NCBI GenBank assembly: GCA_002189035.1 | Contig: NEEC01000159.1 | Location: forward strand, 1-64,000 | Source of the DNA: Utricularia gibba | Lineage: Eukaryota > Plantae > Magnoliophyta | Direction: 5' to 3' | DNA length: 64,000 bases | Part shown: in pieces, positions 23,601 to 36,139 of the stretch | How positions within the stretch are numbered: position 1 is the stretch's first letter | Layout: the number at the start of each line of letters is the position of its first letter | The notes under the pieces: generated by a model | Seen by the model: the letters and a program-made list of their open reading frames with translations, nothing else | Databases searched by the model: none | Told to the model about the DNA's origin: nothing | Program-made: the position numbers and the translations under genes

Positions 23601-26600
23601 TCTTTGCACATGCTTAGGGTGTGTCCCTACTCGAAGCCTCATGGTTTCCTCGCACACCGTTCGGCATCTCGTCGATATCCTGAAGACCGTGATGAGTCAC
23701 GCTGCGCCCGGATACCGTTTCGAAGCTCGTTCCGAGCCGGTCATCTTCCGTTTGAATTCTTCGTCCGAGGATGCATCAGAGCTCGAATTATCGCCTTCTA
23801 TTAGCCTTCAGATGTGCCACAAAGTGGCCACCACGTTCGCGACGATGCGACTTGGAACACCAAAATCGACACGATTGTGATTTTCGGCTTGCAAAACATC
23901 TGCGTTTTTTCGGGTGATGTGAAATATGGGTTTTCGAGGCGATCTTTCACATGCTTAGGGTGTGTCCTACCCGAAGCCTCATGGTTTCCTCGCACACCGT
24001 TCGGCATCTCGTCGATATCCTGAAGACCGTGATGAGTCACGCTGCGCCCGGAATACCGTTTCGAAGCTCGTTCCGAGCCGGTCATCTTCCGTGTTGAAAG
24101 CTTCTTCGTCCGAGGATGCATCAGAGCTCGAATTATCGCCTTCTATTAGCCTTCAGATGCCCACAAAGTGGCCACCACGTTCGCGACGATGCGACTTGTA
24201 ACACCAAATCGACGCGATTGTATTTTCGGCTTGCAAAACATCTGCGTTTTTTGGGTGATGTGAAATATGGGTTTTCGAGGCGATCTTTGCACATGCTTAG
24301 GGTGTGTCCCTACCCGAAGCCTCATGGTTTCCTCGCACACCGTTCGGCATCTCGTCGATATCCTGAAGACCGTGATGAGTCACGCTGCGCCCGGAATACC
24401 GTTTCGAAGCTCGTTCCGAGCCGTCATCTTCCGTGTTGAAAGCTTCTTCGTCCGAGGATGCATCAGAGCTCGAATTATCGCCTTATTAGCCTTCAGATGT
24501 GCCACAAAGTGGCCACCACGTTCGCGACGATGCGACTTGGAACACCAAAATCGACGTGATTGTAATTTTCGGCTTGCAAAACATCTGCGTTTTTTCGGGT
24601 GATGTGAAATATGGGTTTTCGAGGCGATCTTTGCACATGCTTAGGGTGTGTCCCTACCCGAAGCCTCATGGTTTCCTCGCACACCGTTCGGCATCTCGTC
24701 GATATCCTGAAGACCGTGATGAGTCACGCTGCGCCCGGAATACCGTTTCGAAGCTCGTTCCGAGCCGGTCATCTTCCGTGTTGAATGCTTCTTCGTCCGA
24801 GGATGCATAAGAGCTCGAATTATCGCCTTTATTAGCCTTCAGATGTGCCACAAAGTGGCCACCACGTTCGCGACGATGCGACTTGAACACCAAAATCGAC
24901 GCGATTGTATTTTCGGCTTGCAAAACATCTGCGTTTTTTCGGGTGATGTGAAATATGGGTTTTCGAGGCGATCTTTGCACATGCTTAGGGTGTGTCCCTA
25001 CCCGAAGCCTCATGGTTTCCTCGCACACCGTTCGGCATCTCGTCGATATCCTGAAGACCGTGATGAGTCACGCTGCGCCCGGATACCGTTTCGAAGCTCG
25101 TTCCGAGCCGGTCATCTTCCGTGTTGAAAGCTTCTTCGTCCGAGGATGCATCAGAGCTCGAATTATCGCCTTCTATTAGCCTTCAGATGCCACAAAGTGG
25201 CCACCACGTTCGCGACGATGCGACTTGGAACACCAAATCGACGGATTGTGATTTTCGGCTTGCAAAACATCTGCGTTTTTTCGGGTGATGTGAAATATGG
25301 GTTTTCGAGGCGATCTTTGCACATGCTTAGGGTGTGTCCCTACGAAGCCTCATGGTTTCCTCGCACACCGTTCGGCATCTCGTCGATATCCTGAAGACCG
25401 TGATGAGTCACGCTGCGCCCGGAATACCGTTTCGAAGCTCGTTCCGAGCCGGTCATCTTCCGTGTTGAAAGCTTCTTCGTCCGAGGATGCATCAGAGCTC
25501 GAATTATCGATTAGCCTTCAGATGTGCCACAAAGTGGCCACCACGTTCGCGACGATGCGACTTGGAACACCAAAAATCGACCGATTGTGATTTTCGGCTT
25601 GCAAAACATCTGCGTTTTTTGGGTGATGTGAAATATGGGTTTTCGAGGCGATCTTTGCACATGCTTAGGGTGTGTCCCTACCCGAAGCCTCATGGTTTCC
25701 TCGCAGTTCGGCATCTCGTCGATATCCTGAAGACCGTGATGAGTCACGCTGCGCCCGGAATACCGTTTCGAAGCTCGTTCCGAGCCGGTCATCTTCCGTG
25801 TTGAATGCTTCTTCGTCCGAGGATGCATCAGAGCTCGAATTATCGCCTTATTAGCCTTCAGATGTGCCACAAAGTGGCCACCACGTTCGCGACGATGCGA
25901 CTTGGAACACCAAAATCGACGTGATTGTAATTTTCGGCTTGCAAAACATCTGCGTTTTTCGGGTGATGTGAAATATGGGTTTTCGAGGCGATCTTTGCAC
26001 ATGCTTAGGGTGTGTCCCTACCGAAGCCTCATGGTTTCCTCGCACACCGTTCGGCATCTCGTCGATATCCTGAAGACCGTGATGAGTCACGCTGCGCCCG
26101 GAATACCGTTTCGAAGCTCGTTCCGAGCCGGTCATCTTCCGTGTTGAATGCTTCTTCGTCCGAGATGCATAAGAGCTCGAATTATCGCCTTATATTAGCC
26201 TTCAGATGTGCCACAAAGTGGCCACCACGTTCGCGACGATGCGACTTGGAACACCAAAATCGACGTGATTGTAATTTTCGGCTTGCAAAACATCTGCGTT
26301 TTTTCGGGTGATGTGAAATATGGGTTTTCGAGGCGATCTTTGCACATGCTTAGGGTGTGTCCCTACCCGAAGCCTCATGGTTTCCTCGCACACCGTTCGG
26401 CATCTCGTCGATATCCTGAAGACCGTGATGAGTCACGCTGCGCCCGGCATACCGTTTCGAAGCTCGTTCCGAGCCGGTCATCTTCCGTGTTTAAAGCTTC
26501 TTCGTCCGAGGATGCATCAGAGCTCGAATTATCGCCTTCTATTAGCCTTCAGATGTGCCACAAAGTGGCCACCACGTTCGCGACGATGCGACTTGGAACA

Positions 26601-29600
26601 CCAAAATCGACGCGATTGTGATTTTCGGCTTGCAAAACATCTGCGTTTTTTCGGGTGATGTGAAATATGGGTTTTCGAGGCGATCTTTGCACATGCTTAG
26701 GGTGTGTCCCTACCCGAAGCCTCATGGTTTCCTCGCACACCGTTCGGCATCTCGTCGATATCCTGAAGACCGTGATGAGTCACGCTGCGCCCGGAATACC
26801 GTTTCGAAGCTCGTTCCGAGCCGGTCATCTTCCGTGTTGAATGCTTCTTCGTCCGAGGATGCATAAGAGCTCGAATTATCGCCTTTATTAGCCTTCAGAT
26901 GTGCCACAAAGTGGCCACCACGTTCGCGACGATGCGACTTGGAACACCAAAATCGACGTGATTGTAATTTTCGGCTTGCAAAACATCTGCGTTTTTTCGG
27001 GTGATGTGAAATATGGGTTTTCGAGGCGATCTTTGCACATGCTTAGGGTGTGTCCCTACTCGAAGCCTCATGGTTTCCTCGCACACCGTTCGGCATCTCG
27101 TCGATATCCTGAAGACCGTGATGAGTCACGCTGCGCCCGGAATACCTTTTCGAAGCTCGTTCCGAGCCGGTCATCTTCCGTGTTGAAAGCTTCTTCGTCC
27201 GAGGATGCATCAGAGCTCGAATTATCGCCTTCTATTAGCCTTCAGATGTGCCACAAAGTGGCCACCACGTTCGCGACGATGCGACTTGGAACACCAAAAT
27301 CGACGCGATTGTATTTTCGGCTTGCAAAACATCTGCGTTTTTTCGGGTGATGTGAAATATGGGTTTTCGAGGCGATCTTTGCACATGCTTAGGGTGTGTC
27401 CCTACCGAAGCCTCATGGTTTCCTCGCACACCGTTCGGCATCTCGTCGATATCCTGAAGACCGTGATGAGTCACGCTGCGCCCGGATACCGTTTCGAAGC
27501 TCGTTCCGAGCCGGTCATCTTCCGTGTTGAAGCTTCTTCGTCCGAGGATGCATCAGAGCTCGAATTATCGCCTTCTATTAGCCTTCAGATGTGCCACAAA
27601 GTGGCCACCACGTTCGCGACGATGCGACTTGGAACACCAAAATCGACGCGATTGTGATTTTCGGCTTGCAAAACATCTGCGTTTTTTGGGTGATGTGAAA
27701 TATGGGTTTTCGAGGCGATCTTTGCACATGCTTAGGTGTGTCCTACCCGAAGCCTCATGGTTTCCTCGCACACCGTTCGGCATCTCGTCGATATCCTGAA
27801 GACCGTGATGAGTCACGCTGCGCCCGGCATACCGTTTCGAAGCTCGTTCCGAGCCGGTCATCTTCCGTGTTGAAAGCTTCTTCGTCCGAGGATGCATCAG
27901 AGCTCGAATTATCGCCTTCTATTAGCCTTCAGATGTGCCACAAAGTGGCCACCACGTTCGCGACGATGCGACTTGAACACCAAAATCGACGCGATTGTGA
28001 TTTTCGGCTTGCAAAACATCTGCGTTTTTTGGGTGATGTGAAATATGGGTTTTCGAGGCGATCTTTGCACATGCTTAGGGTGTGTCCCTACCGAAGCCTC
28101 ATGGTTTCCTCGCACACCGTTCGGCATCTCGTCGATATCCTGAAGACCGTGATGAGTCACGCTGCGCCCGGAATACCGTTTCGAAGCTCGTTCCGAGCCG
28201 GTCATCTTCCGTGTTGAAGCTTCTTCGTCCGAGGATGCATCAGAGCTCGAATTATCGCCTTATATTAGCCTTCAGATGTGCCACAAAGTGGCCACCACGT
28301 TCGCGACGATGCGACTTGGAACACCAAAATCGACGTGATTGTAATTTTCGGCTTGCAAAACATCTGCGTTTTTTCGGGTGATGTGAAATATGGGTTTTCG
28401 AGGCGATCTTTGCACATGCTTAGGGTGTGTCCCTACCGAAGCCTCATGGTTTCCTCGCACACCGTTCGGCATCTCGTCGATATCCTGAAGACCGTGATGA
28501 GTCACGCTGCGCCCGGAATACCGTTTCGAAGCTCGTTCCGAGCCGGTCATCTTCCGTGTTGAAAGCTTCTTCGTCCGAGGATGCATAAGAGCTCGAATTA
28601 TCGCCTTCTATTAGCCTTCAGATGTGCCACAAAGTGGCCACGTTCGCGACGATGCGACTTGGAACACCAAAATCGACGTGATTGTAATTTTCGGCTTGCA
28701 AAACATCTGCGTTTTTTCGGTGATGTGAAATATGGGTTTTCGAGGCGATCTTTGCACATGCTTAGGGTGTGTCCCTACCGAAGCCTCATGGTTTCCTCGC
28801 ACACCGTTCGGCATCTCGTCGATATCCTGAAGACCGTGATGAGTCACGCTGCGCCCGGAATACCGTTTCGAAGCTCGTTCCGAGCCGGTCATCTTCCGTG
28901 TTGAAAGCTTCTTCGTCCGAGGATGCATCAGAGCTCGAATTATCGCCTTATATTAGCCTTCAGATGTGCCACAAAGTGGCCACCACGTTCGCGACGATGC
29001 GACTTGGAACACCAAAATCGACGTGATTGTAATTTTCGGCTTGCAAAACATCTGCGTTTTTTCGGGTGATGTGAAATATGGGTTTTCGAGGCGATCTTTG
29101 CACATGCTTAGGGTGTGTCCCTACCGAAGCCTCATGGTTTCCTCGCACACCGTTCGGCATCTCGTCGATATCCTGAAGACCGTGATGAGTCACGCTGCGC
29201 CCGGAATACCGTTTCGAAGCTCGTTCCGAGCCGGTCATCTTCCGTGTTGAAGCTTCTTCGTCCGAGGATGCATCAGAGCTCGAATTATCGCCTTATATTA
29301 GCCTTCAGATGTGCCACAAAGTGGCCACCACGTTCGCGACGATGCGACTTGAACACCAAAATCGACGTGATTGTAATTTTCGGCTTGCAAAACATCTGCG
29401 TTTTTTCGGGTGATGTGAAATATGGGTTTTCGAGGCGATCTTTGCACATGCTTAGGGTGTGTCCCTACCCGAAGCCTCATGGTTTCCTCGCACACCGTTC
29501 GGCATCTCGTCGATATCCTGAAGACCGTGATGAGTCACGCTGCGCCCGGATACCGTTTCGAAGCTCGTTCCGAGCCGGTCATCTTCCGTGTTTAAAGCTT

Positions 29601-32600
29601 CTTCGTCCGAGGATGCATCAGAGCTCGAATTATCGCCTTCTATTAGCCTTCAGATGTGCCACAAAGTGGCCACCACGTTCGCGACGATGCGACTTGGAAC
29701 ACCAAAATCGACGCGATTGTGATTTTCGGCTTGCAAAACATCTGCGTTTTTTCGGGTGATGTGAAATATGGGTTTTCGAGGCGATCTTTGCACATGCTTA
29801 GGGTGTGTCCTACCGAAGCCTCATGGTTTCCTCGCACACCGTTCGGCATCTCGTCGATATCCTGAAGACCGTGATGAGTCACGCTGCGCCCGGAATACCG
29901 TTTCGAAGCTCGTTCCGAGCCGGTCATCTTCCGTGTTGAATGCTTCTTCGTCCGAGGATGCATCAGAGCTCGAATTATCGCCTTATTAGCCTTCAGATGT
30001 GCCACAAAGTGGCCACCACGTTCGCGACGATGCGACTTGGAACACAAAATCGACGTGATTGTAATTTTCGGCTTGCAAAACATCTGCGTTTTTCGGGTGA
30101 TGTGAAATATGGGTTTTCGAGGCGATCTTTGCACATGCTTAGGGTGTGTCCCTACCGAAGCCTCATGGTTTCCTCGCACACCGTTCGGCATCTCGTCGAT
30201 ATCCTGAAGACCGTGATGAGTCACGCTGCGCCCGGAATACCGTTTCGAAGCTCGTTCCGAGCCGGTCATCTTCCGTGTTGAATGCTTCTTCGTCCGAGGA
30301 TGCATCAGAGCTCGAATTATCGCCTTATATTAGCCTTCAGATGTGCCACAAAGTGGCCACCACGTTCGCGACGATGCGACTTGGAACACCAAAATCGACG
30401 TGATTGTAATTTTCGGCTTGCAAAACATCTGCGTTTTTTCGGGTGATGTGAAATATGGGTTTTCGAGGCGATCTTTGCACATGCTTAGGGTGTGTCCCTA
30501 CCCGAAGCCTCATGGTTTCCTCGCACACCGTTCGGCATCTCGTCGATATCCTGAAGACCGTGATGAGTCACGCTGCGCCCGCATACCGTTTCGAAGCTCG
30601 TTCCGAGCCGGTCATCTTCCGTGTTTAAAGCTTCTTCGTCCGAGGATGCATCAGAGCTCGAATTATCGCCTTCTATTAGCCTTCAGATGTGCCACAAAGT
30701 GGCCACCACGTTCGCGACGATGCGACTTGGAACACCAAAATCGACGTGATTGTAATTTTCGGCTTGCAAAACATCTGCGTTTTTTCGGGTGATGTGAAAT
30801 ATGGGTTTTCGAGGCGATCTTTGCACATGCTTAGGGTGTGTCCCTACCCGAAGCCTCATGGTTTCCTCGCACACCGTTCGGCATCTCGTCGATATCCTGA
30901 AGACCGTGATGAGTCACGCTGCGCCCGGAATACCGTTTCGAAGCTCGTTCCGAGCCGGTCATCTTCCGTGTTGAAGCTTCTTCGTCCGAGATGCATAAGA
31001 GCTCGAATTATCGCCTTATATTAGCCTTCAGATGTGCCACAAAGTGGCCACCACGTTCGCGACGATGCGACTTGGAACACCAAAATCGACGTGATTGTAA
31101 TTTTCGGCTTGCAAAACATCTGCGTTTTTTGGGTGATGTGAAATATGGGTTTTCGAGGCGATCTTTGCACATGCTTAGGGTGTGTCCCTACCGAAGCCTC
31201 ATGGTTTCCTCGCACACCGTTCGGCATCTCGTCGATATCCTGAAGACCGTGATGAGTCACGCTGCGCCCGGCATACCTTTTCGAAGCTCGTTCCGAGCCG
31301 GTCATCTTCCGTGTTTAAAGCTTCTTCGTCCGAGGATGCATCAGAGCTCGAATTATCGCCTTCTATTAGCCTTCAATGTGCCACAAAGTGGCCACCACGT
31401 TCGCGACGATGCGACTTGGAACACCAAAATCGACACGATTGTAATTTTCGGCTTGCAAAACATCTGCGTTTTTTCGGGTGATGTGAAATATGGGTTTTCG
31501 AGCGATCTTTGCACATGCTTAGGGTGTCCCTACCCGAAGCCTCATGGTTTCCTCGCACACCGTTCGGCATCTCGTCGATATCCTGAAGACCGTGATGAGT
31601 CAATACCGTTTCGAAGCTCTTCCGAGCCGTCATCGCTTCTTCGTCCGAGGATGCATCAGAGCTCGAATTATCGCCTTCTATTAGCCTTCAGATGTGCCAC
31701 AAAGTGGCCACCACGTTCGCGACGATGCGACTTGGAACACCAGAATCGACGCGATTGTGATTTTCGGCTTGCAAACATCTGCGTTTTTTGGGTGATGTGA
31801 AATATGGGTTTTCGAGGCGAGGGTGTTCCTACGAAGCCTCATGGTTTCCTCGCACACCTTCGGCATCTCGTCGATATCCTGAAGACCGTGATGAGTCACG
31901 CTGCGCCCGGCATACCGTTTCGAAGCTCGTTCCGAGCCGGTCATCTTCCGTGTTGAAAGCTTCTTCGTCCGAGGATGCATCAGAGCTCGAATTATCGCCT
32001 TCTATTAGCCTTCAGATGCGCCACAAAGTGGCCACCACGTTCGCGACGATGCGACTTGAACACCAAATCGACGCGATTGTGATTTTCGGCTTGCAAAACA
32101 TCTGCGTTTTTTGGGTGATGTGAAATATGGGTTTTCGAGGCGATCTTGCACATGCTTAGGGTGTGTCCCTACCCGAAGCCTCATGGTTTCCTCGCACACC
32201 GCTCGGCATCTCGTCGATATCCTGAAGACCGTGATGAGTCACGCTGCGCCCGGAATACCGTTTCGAAGCTCGTTCCGAGCCGGTCATCTTCCGTTGAATG
32301 CTTCTTCGTCCGAGGATGCATCAGAGCTCGAATTATCGCCTTATATTAGCCTTCAGATGTGCCACAAAGTGGCCACCACGTTCGCGACGATGCGACTTGG
32401 AACACCAAAATCGACGTGATTGTAATTTTCGGCTTGCAAAACATCTGCGTTTTTTCGGGTGATGTGAAATATGGGTTTTCGAGGCGATCTTTGCACATGC
32501 TTAGGGTGTGTCCCTACTCGAAGCCTCATGGTTTCCTCGCACACCGTTCGGCATCTCGTCGATATCCTGAAGACCGTGATGAGTCACGCTGCGCCCGGCA

Positions 32601-35600
32601 TACCGTTTCGAAGCTCGTTCCGAGCCGGTCATCTTCCGTGTTTAAAGCTTCTTCGTCCAGGATGCATCAGAGCTCGAATTATCGCCTTCTATTAGCCTTC
32701 AGATGTGCCACAAAGTGGCCACCACGTTCGCGACGATGCGACTTGGAACACCAGAATCGACACGATTGTGATTTTCGGCTTGCAAAACATCTGCGTTTTT
32801 TCGGGTGATGTGAAATATGGGTTTTCGAGGCGATCTTTGCACATGCTTAGGGTGTGTCCCTACCCGAAGCCTCATGGTTTCCTCGCACACCGTTCGGCAT
32901 CTCGTCGATATCCTGAAGACCGTGATGAGTCACGCTGCGCCCGAATACCGTTTCGAAGCTCGTTCCGAGCCGGTCATCTTCCGTGTTGAAAGCTTCTTCG
33001 TCCAGGATGCATCAGAGCTCGAATTATCGCCTTCTATTAGCCTTCAGATGCCACAAAGTGGCCACCACGTTCGCGACGATGCGACTTTGAACACCAAAAT
33101 CGACGTGATTGTAATTTTCGGCTTGCAAAACATCTGCGTTTTTTTCGGTGATGTGAAATATGGGTTTTCGAGGCGATCTTTGCACATGCTTAGGGTGTGT
33201 CCCTACCCGAAGCCTCATGGTTTCCTCGCACACCGTTCGGCATCTCGTCGATATCCTGAAGACCGTGATGAGTCACGCTGCGCCCGGCATACCGTTTCGA
33301 AGCTCGTTCCGAGCCGGTCATCTTCCGTGTTGAAGCTTCTTCGTCCGAGGATGCATAGAGCTCGAATTATCGCCTTCTATTAGCCTTCAGATGTGCCACA
33401 AAGTGGCCACCACGTTCGCACGATGCGACTTGGAACACAAAATCGACGCGATTGTGATTTTCGGCTTGCAAAACATCTGCGTTTTTTCGGGTGATGTGAA
33501 ATATGGGTTTTCGAGGCGATCTTTGCATGCTTAGGTGTGTCCCTACCGAAGCCTCATGGTTTCCTCGCACACCGTTCGGCATCTCGTCGATATCCTGAAA
33601 GTGATGAGTCACGCTGCGCCGGCATACCGTTTCGAAGCTCGTTCCGAGCCGGTCATCTTCCGTGTTGAAAGCTTCTTCGTCCGAGGATGCATCAGAGCTC
33701 GAATTATCGCCTTCTATTAGCCTTCAGATGTGCCACAAAGTGGCCACCACGTTCGCGACGATGCGACTTGAACACCAAAATCGACGCGATTGTGATTTTC
33801 GGCTTGCAAAACATCTGCGTTTTTGGGTGATGTGAAATATGGGTTTTCGAGGCGATCTTTGCACATGCTTATGTGTGTCCTACCCGAAGCCTCATGGTTT
33901 CCTCGCACCGTTCGGCATCTCGTCGATATCCTGAAGACCGTGATGAGTCACGCTGCGCCCGGCATACCGTTTCGAAGCTCGTTCCGAGCCGGTCATCTTC
34001 CGTGTTGAAAGCTTCTTCGTCCGAGGATGCATCAGAGCTCGAATTATCGCCTTCTATTAGCCTTCAGATGTGCCACAAAGTGGCCACCACGTTCGCGACG
34101 ATGCGACTTGGAACACCAAAATCGACACGATTGTGATTTTCGGCTTGCAAAACATCTGCGTTTTTTTGGTGATGTGAAATATGGGTTTTCGAGGCGATCT
34201 TTGCACATGCTTAGGGTGTGTGTCCCTACCGAAGCCTCATGGTTTCCTCGCACACCGTTCGGCATCTCGTCGATATCCTGAAGACCGTGATGAGTCACGC
34301 TGCGCCCGGAATACCGTTTCGAAGCTCGTTCCGAGCCGGTCATCTTCCGTGTTGAAAGCTTCTTCGTCCGAGGATGCATAAGAGCTCGAATTATCGCCTT
34401 ATATTAGCCTTCAGATGTGCCACAAAGTGGCCACACCACGTTCGCGACGATGCGACTTGGAACACCAAAATCGACGTGATTGTAATTTTCGGCTTGCAAA
34501 ACATCTGCGTTTTTTCGGGTGATGTGAAATATGGGTTTTCGAGGCGATCTTTGCACATGCTTAGGGTGTGTCCCTACCGAAGCCTCATGGTTTCCTCGCA
34601 CACCGTTCGGCATCTCGTCGATATCCTGAAGACCGTGATGAGTCACGCTGCGCCCCGGAATACCGTTTCGAAGCTCGTTCCGAGCCGGTCATCTTCCGTG
34701 TTGAATGCTTCTTCGTCCGAGGATGCATCAGAGCTCGAATTATCGCCTTCTATTAGCCTTCAGATGTGCCACAAAGTGGCCACCACGTTCGCGACGATGC
34801 GACTTGGAACACCAAAATCGACGCGATTGTGATTTTCGGCTTGCAAAACATCTGCGTTTTTTCGGGTGATGTGAAATATGGGTTTTCGAGGCGATCTTTG
34901 CACATGCTTAGGTGTGTCCCTACCGAAGCCTCATGGTTTCCTCGCACACCGTTCGGCATTCTCGTCGATATCCTGAAGACCGTGATGAGTCACGCTGCGC
35001 CCGGAATACCGTTTCGAAGCTCGTTCCGAGCCGGTCATCTTCCGTTGAAGCTTCTTCGTCCGAGGATGCATCAGAGCTCGAATTATCGCCTCTATTAGCC
35101 TTCAGATGTGCCACAAAGTGGCCACCACGTTCGCGACGATGCGACTTGGAACACCAAATCGACGCGATTGTAATTTTCGGCTTGCAAAACATCTGCGTTT
35201 TTTCGGGTGATGTGAAATATGGGTTTTCGAGGCGATCTTTGCACATGCTTAGGTGTGTCCCTACCGAAGCCTCATGGTTTCCTCGCACACCGTTCGGCAT
35301 CTCGTCGATATCCTGAAGACCGTGATGAGTCACGCTGCGCCCCGGCATACCGTTTTCGAAGCTCGTTCCGAGCCGGTCATCTTCCGTGTTTAAAGCTTCT
35401 TCGTCCGAGGATGCATCAGAGCTCGAATTATCGCCTTCTATTAGCCTTCAGATGTGCCACAAAGTGGCCACCACGTTCGCGACGATGCGACTTGGAACAC
35501 CAAAATCGACACGATTTGATTTTCGGCTTGCAAAACATCTGCGTTTTTTTCGGGTGATGTGAAATATGGGTTTTCGAGGCGATCTTTGCACATGCTTAGG

Positions 35601-36100
35601 GTGTGTCCCTACCGAAGCCTCATGGTTTCCTCGCACACCGTTCGGCATCTCGTCGATATCCTGAAGACCGTGATGAGTCACGCTGCGCCCGGAATACCGT
35701 TTCGAAGCTCGTTCCGAGCCGGTCATCTTCCGTGTTTGAATGCTTCTTCGTCCGAGGATGCATCAGAGCTCGAATTATCGCCTTATATTAGCCTTCAGAT
35801 GTGCCACAAAGTGGCCACCACGTTCGCGACGATGCGACTTGGAACACCAGAATCGACGTGATTGTAATTTTCGGCTTGCAAAACATCTGCGTTTTTTCGG
35901 GTGATGTGAAATATGGGTTTTCGAGGCGATCTTTGCACATGCTGGGTGTGTCCCTACCGAAGCCTCATGGTTTCCTCGCACACCGTTCGGCATCTCGTCG
36001 ATATCCTGAAGACCGTGATGAGTCACGCTGCGCCCGGAATACCGTTTCGAAGCTCGTTCCGAGCCGGTCATCTTCCGTGTTGAATGCTTCTTCGTCCGAG
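11601..36100 (+). repeat. Satellite subfamily block 2 (mixed with block-1 types until ~24.2 kb)
   Basis: Dominant AGATGTGCC, TTGGAACACCAAAA, GACGTGATTGTAATT and CCTTATATT, plus TTGAATGC and CATAAGAG. CCTACGTG is absent. The last TTGTAAC before block 3 is at ~24197. Confidence 0.8.
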
Positions 36101-36139
36101 GATGCATCAGAGCTCGAATTATCGCCTTCTATTAGCCTT

